A stretch of 32,000 nt of DNA, taken from contig NZ_JAHDSX010000016.1 in the NCBI RefSeq assembly GCF_020969955.1, forward strand, positions 13,366-45,365, in the 5' to 3' direction. The notes under the pieces were generated by a model. It searched no databases, was not told the DNA's origin, and saw only the letters and a list, made by a program, of their open reading frames with translations. This stretch comes from Allobaculum fili. GTDB taxonomy: Bacteria > Bacillota_I > Bacilli_A > Erysipelotrichales > Erysipelotrichaceae. Both the position numbers and the translations under genes were made by a program. This document shows positions 7,742 to 16,042 of the stretch, in pieces; position 1 is the first letter of the stretch; every line of letters begins with the position of its first letter.

Positions 7742-8005
7742 TGTCTTCTTTTCAAACTGAGTTATGGAAAATACAAATTGATTTTCAGAAATCGGGATAG
7801 ATTTGTCCGTTTTTTTTGACGCTTTTAAACGGACGCTCAAAGGGGTCAGCAAAAGAGGCTAAAACGGATCGCACAGCGCATGGAAGCGTTTCGGTTTTCC
7901 AAATTTGTCTCTTCGAGATCCGTCCAGAATCTGTCCGGGTCTGATCAATATCCTTTTGGTGTTGGAATCGAGTTCGAATCGCCGCTTTGCCCGAAACGAA
8001 ATCCA

Positions 8006-8018
8006 ATTTGTATAGAAC
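8006..8018 (+). repeat. Copy 3 of the motif; a likely -10 region of the MBOAT operon promoter
   Basis: ATTTGTATAGAAC. TTGCCC (7987-7992), an 18-bp spacer and TATAGA (8011-8016) lie about 90 nt upstream of the MBOAT ATG. Confidence 0.4.
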
Positions 8019-8102
8019 AGAAAAATACGGCAGTCCGACCAGGATTCTTTTCCGGCATCCGGAAAACTGGACGGCGGATCCGTTTTGAACAGGAAGGGTA
8101 CT

Positions 8103-9524
8103 ATGGTTTTTTCCAGTCTGTTATTCGTCTTTGCTTTTCTCTCGATCAGCATGGGCATTTACTTGTGCGTTCCCAAACGCTATCAGAATACCGTTCTGCT
8201 CGTATCGTCACTGATCTTCTATTCCTGGGGCGGTCCGATGTATCTTCTCCTTTTATTAGGAGAAACCGCGATCAGCTGGGTGTGCGCCCTGCGAATCGGA
8301 AATCTCAAAAGCAAAAAGAAAAAGAAATTCTGGATGACGGTGGAATGCGTCGCCCTGCTCGGGCTGCTCGCCATTTTCAAATACACCGGCTTTATCGGCT
8401 CTACTATGCAGGCGCTCACCGGCTTTCCAGAACACGTCGCGCAAATCGTTTTGCCGATCGGCATTTCCTTTTATACGTTCCAGCTTCTGTCCTATGTCAT
8501 TGATGTGTACCGCGGAGAAGTGAAGGCTCAGCGAAACTACGCGCGCCTGCTTCTGTATTCTTCGCTGTTTCATCAGTGCATCGCCGGACCGATCGTTCGC
8601 TACAAAACCGTAGCCGATGAAATCGAACATCGTTCCGTCACGATGAACGATGTGTACGCCGGCATTCGCCGCTTCAGCATCGGTCTGGCCAAAAAAGCCA
8701 TTCTTGCCAACGGCATCGCACAGGTCGCCGATCAGCTGATGTCTACCAACGCGCAGACGCTGGCCGCAACGCCGGTGCTTGGCGTCTGGATCGGCGCGCT
8801 GGCCTTTACGCTCCAGCTGTATCTCGACTTTTCCGCCTATTCCGACATGGCGATCGGCATGGGCCGCATGGTCGGTTTCCATTATCTGGAAAACTTCAAC
8901 TATCCGTACATGGCCGTTACCGTTCAGGATTTCTGGAGACGCTGGCACATTTCCCTGTCTTCGTTCTTCCGGGATTATGTGTACATCCCGCTTGGCGGAA
9001 GCCGCGGCGGTACTCTCATTTACGTACGCAATATGATCGTCGTCTGGTTTCTGACCGGTCTGTGGCATGGTGCCTCCTGGAACTATGTTCTGTGGGGCCT
9101 TTACTACCTCTGCTTCCTGCTGCTCGAACGCTTTGTCATTCGTCAGCGGATTCCCAACGGCTGGAACCGCCTGTATACCTTATCCGTAGTCCTCTTAGGA
9201 ACGGTGATCTTCCGCTTTGAAGATGCGAACACGCTGCTTCTGGCATTCAAAGGTCTGTTTGGACTGAACGGTGCCGGCTTCTTCAGCTGGTCCGTATGGT
9301 CCGTCTTCCTTTCCAATATTTTCCTCATCGCCGCCTGCATGATTGGATGCACGACGCTGAGCGTCTGGATCGAACGTCTGTTTTCGGTTTGGGCCAGCAA
9401 TAATTCCGTCGGCTTCGCCCTCTATTCCATTGAACAGGTCGCTCTGCCGCTGTTCCTGCTTGCTATATCCGTGCTTGCGCTTATCGGCAACGCCTATAAC
9501 CCGTTCCTGTATTTCCAGTTCTGA
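8103..9524 (+). CDS. MBOAT-family membrane O-acyltransferase (AlgI/DltB/PatA-like)
   Basis: A polytopic membrane protein with FWRRWHISLSSFFRDYVYIPLGG (the MBOAT catalytic-His region) and the typical N-terminus MVFSSLLFVFAFL. The ATG at 8103 follows the SD GGAAGGG. The track start at 8085 is a TTG and is less likely. Confidence 0.9.
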   Translation: MVFSSLLFVFAFLSISMGIYLCVPKRYQNTVLLVSSLIFYSWGGPMYLLLLLGETAISWVCALRIGNLKSKKKKKFWMTVECVALLGLLAIFKYTGFIGSTMQALTGFPEHVAQIVLPIGISFYTFQLLSYVIDVYRGEVKAQRNYARLLLYSSLFHQCIAGPIVRYKTVADEIEHRSVTMNDVYAGIRRFSIGLAKKAILANGIAQVADQLMSTNAQTLAATPVLGVWIGALAFTLQLYLDFSAYSDMAIGMGRMVGFHYLENFNYPYMAVTVQDFWRRWHISLSSFFRDYVYIPLGGSRGGTLIYVRNMIVVWFLTGLWHGASWNYVLWGLYYLCFLLLERFVIRQRIPNGWNRLYTLSVVLLGTVIFRFEDANTLLLAFKGLFGLNGAGFFSWSVWSVFLSNIFLIAACMIGCTTLSVWIERLFSVWASNNSVGFALYSIEQVALPLFLLAISVLALIGNAYNPFLYFQF

Positions 9525-9577
9525 TCCGTTAACCCAAGTCGTGTGAAGCGGTCTTTCCGCTTCCTAGAAAGATTGAT

Positions 9578-10945
9578 ATGAAAAAACGATTTTCCAGAAA
9601 GCAGCGAAAAATTCTTTATTATTCGAGAGCGCTGGCGGTGGCCCTGTTCTGTCTTTGCATGGCCATCGGGACGATCAACGGACTGCTGCTGCCGCTGCGT
9701 CCCAATACTTCCGCGATCGAAAAGCGCGATCTGACCCCGTTTCCGACGTTCAGCCTGACCTCCTTTATGGATGGATCCTGGTTTTCGCAGATTTCCACGT
9801 GGTACGCGGACAGCTATCCTGGCCGCGAAAAGCTCGTTGCGATGAACAACGACCTTCAGAAGCTCAAAGGCATTCCGCAAAACGAGATGGTCATTGGCGG
9901 CAATGTCACTGCCGATGAGATCGGCGGCAAGGAAAAAGCCAGTTCCAGCGCCGCGAGCAGCGAACAGGGACAGTCCGCCGACAGCCAGTTTGAAAAGCGC
10001 ACTGAAGCGCCGGAAACCAATCAGCTGGCCGCCGATATTGAAGACTCCATCATGGAAGGTCTGCTGATTAAAGACGGCGGCGCCTATGGCGGCTTCTACT
10101 TTGTACAGGAAGCCTGCGATACGTATACTTCCGCTCTCAACCGCGCAGCGGAGGAGCTGAAAGGGATCACCAACGTCTACTCGATTCTCGCTCCGGTAAA
10201 CGCCTCGATCATGCTCGATGACGAAACGTACAAAAAGCTCTCCGGTTCCGATGCCAAACAGGGCATTGAATACTTCTATTCCCGCTACAACGATCTGGTC
10301 AAACCCGTTGGCACGTACGACATCCTGAAGGAACATTCTTCCGAACCGCTCTATTTCCGTACCGACCATCACTGGACACAGCTTGGCGCCTATTATGCCT
10401 ATCTCAACTTCTGCAAAGTCAAAGGGATCGAGCCTGTGAACAAGGATGAACTCGAACGTCTCGAATACTATCCGTTCACCGGTTCCTATACCGGCATGGT
10501 GCCGACCGCTACGTTCACACCCGATACGTTTGAAGCCTGGGTGCCCAAAGGCGGCAACACCATGAAAGTATTCACCGGCGACTTTGGCAACCCCAACAGC
10601 GATCAGTACTACGATGCGCAAGTCGTAAATACGTCCGAAGCCATCGACCAGTACAACCATTACATGCGCTTTATCGCCGGCGACCAGCCCTTCATTGAAA
10701 TCGACAACAACGAAATCAACGACGGCAGTTCCGCCCTGGTCATCTCCGAATCCTACGGATGTGCGTTCGTCCCCTGGATCGTCAACAACTACGACAAAGT
10801 CTATGCGATGGATGAACGCTATGCGGAAGGCAACTTTGTAACCTTCTGCAAGGAAAACAACATCACCGATCTGATCGTCGTCAACAACATCCAGCTGGCC
10901 AACACCACCACACTGGCAGCTGCCATCGACGAAAAGCTCCACTAA
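9578..10945 (+). CDS. DHHW-family protein (AlgJ/PatB-like extracytoplasmic acyltransferase partner), N-terminal signal anchor
   Basis: It has an N-terminal TM segment (LAVALFCLCMAIGTINGLLL) and the eponymous motif YFRTDHHWTQLGAYYAY. It lies immediately downstream of the MBOAT gene, which is the usual pairing. Confidence 0.85.
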   Translation: MKKRFSRKQRKILYYSRALAVALFCLCMAIGTINGLLLPLRPNTSAIEKRDLTPFPTFSLTSFMDGSWFSQISTWYADSYPGREKLVAMNNDLQKLKGIPQNEMVIGGNVTADEIGGKEKASSSAASSEQGQSADSQFEKRTEAPETNQLAADIEDSIMEGLLIKDGGAYGGFYFVQEACDTYTSALNRAAEELKGITNVYSILAPVNASIMLDDETYKKLSGSDAKQGIEYFYSRYNDLVKPVGTYDILKEHSSEPLYFRTDHHWTQLGAYYAYLNFCKVKGIEPVNKDELERLEYYPFTGSYTGMVPTATFTPDTFEAWVPKGGNTMKVFTGDFGNPNSDQYYDAQVVNTSEAIDQYNHYMRFIAGDQPFIEIDNNEINDGSSALVISESYGCAFVPWIVNNYDKVYAMDERYAEGNFVTFCKENNITDLIVVNNIQLANTTTLAAAIDEKLH

Positions 10946-10961
10946 TTTTCAAAATAGCGAA

Positions 10962-10995
10962 AGGCCAGTCCGAATCAAAACGGACTGGCCTTTTT
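10962..10995. terminator. Bidirectional intrinsic terminator between the convergent DHHW and metallophosphoesterase genes
   Basis: An 11-bp perfect stem AGGCCAGTCCG/CGGACTGGCCT closes the loop AATCAAAA. It is flanked by an A-run upstream and TTTTT downstream. Confidence 0.85.
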
Positions 10996-11112
10996 CAAGG
11001 GTCGAGTTTGTATTTGGCTCAAAGCGGCTGAACCGGATGAGAGAAGTCTGCGAAGAGTCTCTCCAAAAACAGAAAAAATGGATTTCTTGTCAATCCGGAT
11101 TGGCTGTATCCC

Positions 11113-12204
11113 TTAGTTTTCCGCAGGAGCGGCTTCTGGATTCTCCACTGGCATTTCAGTTTCCGCAGATGGAGTTTCGCCCTCCATAGGCTGATCCGTA
11201 CCGGACTGCGCATCTTCTGCAGGTGCGTCGGTTTGAGAAGAGGCATCGCTTTGCAAACTGGATGTGAGCAGCGGCGCCTGCGCTGGAGCATTGTCGTCGG
11301 CTTTGGAGCCGGAGACGAGCGTGAAGTAAGAATATTCGACGGGGGAATTGATTTTGGCGGGAACATCCACGCAGCCGATGCCGCTGGAAATGGTGTACGG
11401 GAAAGAAAGCTTCTGAGACTTGGATCGGTTGATCTGGGTGCTGCCTTCCACCGTCCGGTAATTGCCGAAAATCGGCCATTTCACCTGCGATCCGTGGGAG
11501 TTTCCGCAAAGCGCAAGATCGGGACGAAGCGAAGAATTTTGTACCGCAAGCAAATTGTCGGGGAAGTGGGAAAGCATCAGACAATACGTGTCGCCGGGAA
11601 TGGTGGACGCAATCGCTTCCGGGTCGGGCTGCAGGCCCAGACCGGCGAGGCGAATGCCGCTGCCCGAACCGTTGGAAAGAAGAACCGAAGCGTTGTCGAG
11701 CATTTCGACCTGGCTTCGACCGTAGACGTCATTGACTTCGAGAAGACGGTTCATGGACGTCTGATCCTGTTCGCCATAGACGGCGAATTTTCCGCTCGGC
11801 GCTTCGACGCGGCTGATCCAGTTCACCATCTGATCGCGCATTTCACCGCTGACTTCCGCATTTTTCGAGAAGAGATCGCCGCCGATCAGCAGAACGTCCG
11901 GATCCAGAGAGGCGATTTCATCAAAGAGTTTATCGCCTTTTTCAACGGGGAAATTCTCGCCGTATTCGATGTCACTCAGATAGACGATCGAAAGCTGGTT
12001 CAGAGAGGCGGGAATTTTCGTCGAACGGATTTGCGAAAAGTTCGAGTGCACCTGGTAGGGGGCAACGAAAATGCCGTTGTAAAGGGTCAGGGTCAGGCAG
12101 GTCATGCAGAATACGGCAATGCCGATCACCCACATGGAAATTGTCAGCCACAAAGGCTGTCTTCTTTTTCGGGAATGTACGCGATGCGCGGTTCGTCTGG
12201 CCAT
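11113..12204 (-). CDS. Membrane-anchored calcineurin-like metallophosphoesterase with a disordered acidic C-terminal tail
   Basis: It has an N-terminal TM segment (LWLTISMWVIGIAVFCMTCLTL) and metallophosphoesterase motifs ..YLSDIEYG.., ..LIGGDLF.., ..LSHFP.., ..CGNSHG... The SD AAGGAG lies upstream of the ATG at 12204. Confidence 0.85.
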   Translation of the reverse strand: MARRTAHRVHSRKRRQPLWLTISMWVIGIAVFCMTCLTLTLYNGIFVAPYQVHSNFSQIRSTKIPASLNQLSIVYLSDIEYGENFPVEKGDKLFDEIASLDPDVLLIGGDLFSKNAEVSGEMRDQMVNWISRVEAPSGKFAVYGEQDQTSMNRLLEVNDVYGRSQVEMLDNASVLLSNGSGSGIRLAGLGLQPDPEAIASTIPGDTYCLMLSHFPDNLLAVQNSSLRPDLALCGNSHGSQVKWPIFGNYRTVEGSTQINRSKSQKLSFPYTISSGIGCVDVPAKINSPVEYSYFTLVSGSKADDNAPAQAPLLTSSLQSDASSQTDAPAEDAQSGTDQPMEGETPSAETEMPVENPEAAPAEN

Positions 12205-12399
12205 AATCCTGCTCCTTTCGCCTAAAAAATGGGTTCATGGACAATCTATTATAAATCATTGGCTTCCATAGAGATATCCTCTTTCTTTTTCGAGCAGTGT
12301 TCCCGCGGGCGGCGCGTGACCGGCTGGACTAGACGGACCGGGACCGGGATTCCTGCTCCAGATCGAAACGATGCGGAGAAGAAAAGCTTCAGAGGTATG

Positions 12400-12426
12400 G
12401 AAAAGGCGGTCTGTGCAGACCGCCTG
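12400..12426 (-). terminator. Intrinsic terminator of rnj
   Basis: On the minus strand the stem GGCGGTC/GACCGCC (extendable) is followed by TTTT. It lies about 57 nt past the rnj stop codon. Confidence 0.75.
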
Positions 12427-12482
12427 GTAAAAATCAGAATGAATTTGTGGATCGGCTAAAACCGAGGGCTGGATTCTCTCGA

Positions 12483-14549
12483 TCAGCTGTTTTCCTGCGA
12501 AGCCGGTTTGGCGGCGGGTGCAGGTTTGTTTTCCGCCGATCTGGATCCGTGCACTGCGGCATGGGTCTGGGTATGACCGGCGTTTTTTCTGGCCTGCTGT
12601 CTTGCACGATGCTGCGCGGCGAGTTCTTCCATGGCTTTCTTGGAGTTCAGAATAACCGGAATAACGATCGGGTTGCGGTGCGTCTTTTTATAGAGGAAAG
12701 GCTCCAGAGAAGAACGGATGCAGTTTTTGATGTCCGCGAACGTCGTTCTTTCTTTCAGTCGGGCCTGCAGGTTGGTCGAAACGATGAATTCGGCTTCCTT
12801 GAGCAGCGCCTGCGCGTCTTTCAGGAAGACGAAGCCGCGGCTGACGATAACAGGTCTTGCCAGCAGCTTGTTGGCGCTGGAATCGATCGGAACGATGACA
12901 GCCACCAGACCGTTGTCGGCCAGGATGCGGCGGTCTTTGAGAACCGCGGTAGAAAGACCGGAAATGTCGTTGCCGTCGACGTAAATGTCGTCACCCTGGT
13001 AACGCCAGTCGGACTGGATCACTTCGTGGTTGCGCAGCAGCAGAACGTCGCCGTTGGCGCAGACGAAAATGTTCGATTCCGGAATGCCAAGTTCCATGGC
13101 GGACTGACGATGCTGCATTAACATTTTGTGTTCGCCGTGAATCGGCATGAAGTAACGCGGCTTGATCAGCTGCATCATCAGCTTCTGCTCCTGCTTGGAC
13201 GCGTGGCCGGTCGTATGCAGGTTGTTGAGCACGGATTTGTTCAGAACCGTTGCGCCGGAGCGGAACAGCTTGTCGACAATCTTGTTTACGGAAGCGTCGT
13301 TGCCTGGAATCGGGTTGGACGAGAAGACGACGGTATCGGTCGGTTTCAGGTGAATGAAGCGGTGGGTACCGTTGACGATGCGGCTGAGCGCGGCGAGCGG
13401 TTCGCCCTGGCTTCCGGTGCAGAGAATGCAGATTTTGTTATCGGGGGTGGTGCGCAGTTCTTCTGGAGACAGAAGATCTTCGTTGCGGATTTTGATAACA
13501 CCCATTTTGCGTCCGATGTCGACTACATTTTCCATCGAGCGGCCAAAGACAGCCACTTTGCGTCCGGTTTTGAGCGCGGCTTCAATAATCTGAGCCACAC
13601 GGTAAACGTTGGATGCGAACGTCGCGACGATCATACGGTGCGGTGTGCTGGCCATAATGCGCAGAATTTCGTTGGAAACGTCCTTTTCCGAAATGGAGAA
13701 GCCGTCGACGCCAGAGTTGGTGGAATCCGACATGAGCAGATCCGGCTTGAGCGCGCCGATGTACGCCATTTTCTGGTAGTCCGCGTTCTGACCGATCGGG
13801 GTCAGGTCGAACTTGAAGTCGCCGGTGTGAACGATCGTGCCGTTTGGCGTGGTGATCATGACGCCGAGCGAATCCGGAATGGAGTGGATCGTGTTGAAGA
13901 AGCCGATGTTGAAGTACTTGGTCTTGATGGCCGAGTTTTCGTTGATTTCAATAATTGGAACTTTCGGCGCGTCCTTGTGTTCGGAAAGCTTTTTCTCAAT
14001 GAGGGCTTTCGCGAAGCGCGGTGCGTAAATGGCATCGATGTTGACTTGCTTGATCAGAAAGGGAATGCCGCCGATATGGTCTTCGTGACCGTGGGTAATG
14101 ACAAGGATTTTTCGCTTGTTATTATTGCGGATGAGGTGGTGATAATCCGGGATGACGTAGTCAACGCCTAACAGATCATCATCCGGGAACAGGACGCCGC
14201 AGTCGACGATGGCGATTTCATTGCCCTGTTCGTAGCAGTACATGTTCTTGCCGACTTCGCCCAGTCCGCCAAGCGCGTAAATCTGCGTATCCGTCGGGAG
14301 AACTTTCGTTCGAGTGGACGGACTGCCGATGGCGGGGACAGGGGAGTGGACAAAAGGCTTGCCGACACCTTTTGAATTGCGGCTGTTTCCGGAATGGCCG
14401 GAAGATTTGTGATGCGCCGGATTATTCGATCGGGGCGCAGAAGTGCTGCGGGGTGCCGGTTTCTTCTGCGCTGCAGGCGCCTTTGGGGCGCGTTCTGCAG
14501 AAGAAGGAGCAGCCGCAGTTGACGTGTTGTTAACTGGTTTTTCGTTCAT
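12483..14549 (-). CDS. rnj: Ribonuclease J (metallo-beta-lactamase/beta-CASP) with long low-complexity N- and C-terminal extensions
   Basis: ...IYALGGLGEVGKNMYCYE..., HGHEDHIGG, ...GDFKFD..., ...HTGHASKQEQ... are colinear with Bacillus RNase J1. About 95 extra A/P/S/K-rich residues precede the conserved core and about 45 follow it. I saw no alternative in-frame start near the core. Confidence 0.9.
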   Translation of the reverse strand: MNEKPVNNTSTAAAPSSAERAPKAPAAQKKPAPRSTSAPRSNNPAHHKSSGHSGNSRNSKGVGKPFVHSPVPAIGSPSTRTKVLPTDTQIYALGGLGEVGKNMYCYEQGNEIAIVDCGVLFPDDDLLGVDYVIPDYHHLIRNNNKRKILVITHGHEDHIGGIPFLIKQVNIDAIYAPRFAKALIEKKLSEHKDAPKVPIIEINENSAIKTKYFNIGFFNTIHSIPDSLGVMITTPNGTIVHTGDFKFDLTPIGQNADYQKMAYIGALKPDLLMSDSTNSGVDGFSISEKDVSNEILRIMASTPHRMIVATFASNVYRVAQIIEAALKTGRKVAVFGRSMENVVDIGRKMGVIKIRNEDLLSPEELRTTPDNKICILCTGSQGEPLAALSRIVNGTHRFIHLKPTDTVVFSSNPIPGNDASVNKIVDKLFRSGATVLNKSVLNNLHTTGHASKQEQKLMMQLIKPRYFMPIHGEHKMLMQHRQSAMELGIPESNIFVCANGDVLLLRNHEVIQSDWRYQGDDIYVDGNDISGLSTAVLKDRRILADNGLVAVIVPIDSSANKLLARPVIVSRGFVFLKDAQALLKEAEFIVSTNLQARLKERTTFADIKNCIRSSLEPFLYKKTHRNPIVIPVILNSKKAMEELAAQHRARQQARKNAGHTQTHAAVHGSRSAENKPAPAAKPASQENS

Positions 14550-14702
14550 TGGAATGGTAGAACAGATCCTTTCTAAAACGGGGCTAAGTCTTAGCCGTCA
14601 GGGGGAGTATTCGAAGGTTCTGCGCTCCAGCCGGTTTCATTCACTCTGGTATCCATAAAATATGGAAACCAAAAGAAAGGACGAAAGGGCAGGGCAGCAG
14701 CC

Positions 14703-14746
14703 GGAAAAGAAAGGAAAAGATTTCCCGTCTGCTTAAAAAGACGGGA
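14703..14746 (-). terminator. Intrinsic terminator on the minus strand, about 170 nt upstream of the rnj start codon
   Basis: An 8-bp stem TCCCGTCT/AGACGGGA (14723-14746) with an 8-nt loop is followed on the minus strand by AATCTTTTCCTTTCTTTTCC. Confidence 0.7.
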
Positions 14747-14868
14747 GGATTCGATCCTGATCAACTGGGGTGAATACTGAAAATGCGCAGGCAGGGGGTT
14801 CAGTCCTGCAGGCGTGCGCGCAGCGTGCGGGCAGGGAAGAGGGGTTCTCTTCAGTATGCCGCTTCTTA
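14715..14868 (-). ncRNA. Candidate small RNA or leader RNA (about 150 nt, C-rich, no ORF) between an extended -10 promoter and the terminator above
   Basis: TGCTAAAAT lies on the minus strand at 14875-14883. An 8-bp closing helix joins AUACUGAA (14860-14867) to UUCAGUAU (14774-14781). C-runs CCCC, CCCCC, CCCC and CUCCC occur along the RNA. The terminator is at 14723-14746. No family assignment is possible by eye. Confidence 0.3.
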
Positions 14869-15311
14869 TCTTCTATTTTAGCATAAGGGCAGCCGCTTGC
14901 CGGACTGACGAAAGATTTACTAAAAGAAGAAAAGCGTTTTTGGATTCCTCTTCTTATCGCCTGTTTGATCGCCGGTTCTTTCATCTTCCTAAACGGTTTT
15001 TTTCCAGACCATATTTCCGATCCGGTCTTCCTGTTTTCCCACGCAGAAAGAAACCGGTCCGGCCGGTCTTCTGGAAATCTTTGGATATTGTTGCACAGAA
15101 TCATTGCTTTTATAGAATTATCGCTCACGATCCGGACAGGAAAGACAACCTGAAGTGTTTTTCGACAAGGGCTGTTATGAAATGGATGTTCTCGCATGCA
15201 AAGACGCTGCCTCCCCGTCGGTCCAGAAAAAGCCAGAAAGAGGGAATTTGCAGTCGAGCACAGTGCCCGTAAGGGGAGAGGAAGGAGAAAGTAAGGAGGA
15301 CGGCGGCAATG

Positions 15312-15342
15312 AAAAAAGAGTACTCTGATCGACAGAATACTC
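15312..15342 (-). terminator. Intrinsic terminator of def
   Basis: On the minus strand the 9-bp stem GAGTATTCT/AGAGTACTC (one G-U pair) closes a 7-nt loop and is followed by TTTTTT. It lies about 70 nt past the def stop. Confidence 0.8.
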
Positions 15343-15412
15343 CTGGAAAAGACGGTTTTCGAAATTTGACGGGCTCTGCATCGGCGCGGAGGCTTCATCG
15401 TTTCTGTTTAAC

Positions 15413-15958
15413 TTATTCCACAACGGTATAGGCTGCCGGTGCGGGATCGTTTAAATGATCGTAGTAGAGAATGCCCGACAGATGATCGATTTCGTGCTGG
15501 AGCACGATCGCCGCATAACCGGTTGCCTGAATGACCACGTTGCGGTCGGTGAGCAGATCGTAGCCGCGCACTTTGACCCGGTCGTAGCGGAAGATTTTTC
15601 CTGGATGGGCTTCCGGCACGGACAGGCATCCTTCGCCGTCCGGCAGACACGTCATCATCTTGGAGCGGGAAATGATTTTTGGATTGGCGAGCGCCCATTC
15701 GAGGGTCGTGCCGTCATCCGCGTCGACGACAACGGCGATCATTTTCTTGGGAACGCCGACCTGAATGGCCGCAATGCCGACAGCGGGCGAGAGATTGTTT
15801 TTCTCGCACAGTTCTTCATCCTGACTGTCTTTTACGTAGCGATGCATCGCGAATAACAGTTCGCGGTCTTCCTCGCTGAGCGGAAGCTCGACATCCGCCG
15901 ACAGCGAGCGGATTTCGGGCTGATCATCGTGAATAATGGAATCATTGGAAAGTACCAT
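15413..15958 (-). CDS. def: Peptide deformylase
   Basis: All three deformylase motifs are present: GVGIAAIQVG, EGCLSVP and QHEIDHLSG. The SD GGAGGG lies upstream of the ATG at 15958. Confidence 0.95.
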   Translation of the reverse strand: MVLSNDSIIHDDQPEIRSLSADVELPLSEEDRELLFAMHRYVKDSQDEELCEKNNLSPAVGIAAIQVGVPKKMIAVVVDADDGTTLEWALANPKIISRSKMMTCLPDGEGCLSVPEAHPGKIFRYDRVKVRGYDLLTDRNVVIQATGYAAIVLQHEIDHLSGILYYDHLNDPAPAAYTVVE

Positions 15959-15986
15959 ATTTATGCCCTCCGTTTCCTAAACGGTA

Positions 15987-16015
15987 TTCTAATGGTTTTC
16001 TATGGCCCTTTCAAA
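15987..16015 (-). promoter_or_regulatory. Sigma-A promoter of def (-35 TTGAAA, 17 bp, -10 TAGAAT)
   Basis: On the minus strand TTGAAA is at 16010-16015 and TAGAAT at 15987-15992, about 28 nt upstream of the def ATG. Confidence 0.6.
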
Positions 16016-16042
16016 TGCGCAAGAGCCGGTGTCCTGACGGTA

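Noticed and set aside
7955-7990. tRNA-like T-loop sequence GAGTTCGAATC
   Set aside because: The flanking bases do not form a T-stem. There is no acceptor stem, anticodon arm or CCA context.
9494-10942. 482-aa minus-strand ORF opposite the DHHW gene, and similar ORFs at 16087-17505, 24836-26110, 13128-14171, 12447-13121, 8256-9068, 11233-12225 and 18404-19384
   Set aside because: All lie antisense to genes with strong motif support. Their composition is atypical and they lack start context.
14765-14800. c-di-AMP (ydaO-type) riboswitch-like CTGGGGTGAATAC on the plus strand
   Set aside because: Only one short segment resembles the motif and the remaining conserved cores are absent. No plus-strand gene lies downstream.
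14733-15398. 221-aa minus-strand ORF filling the def-rnj gap
   Set aside because: The product is extremely R/C/P/S-rich and non-protein-like. The ORF runs straight through the def intrinsic terminator and through the promoter-like element of the sRNA candidate, and it has no SD.
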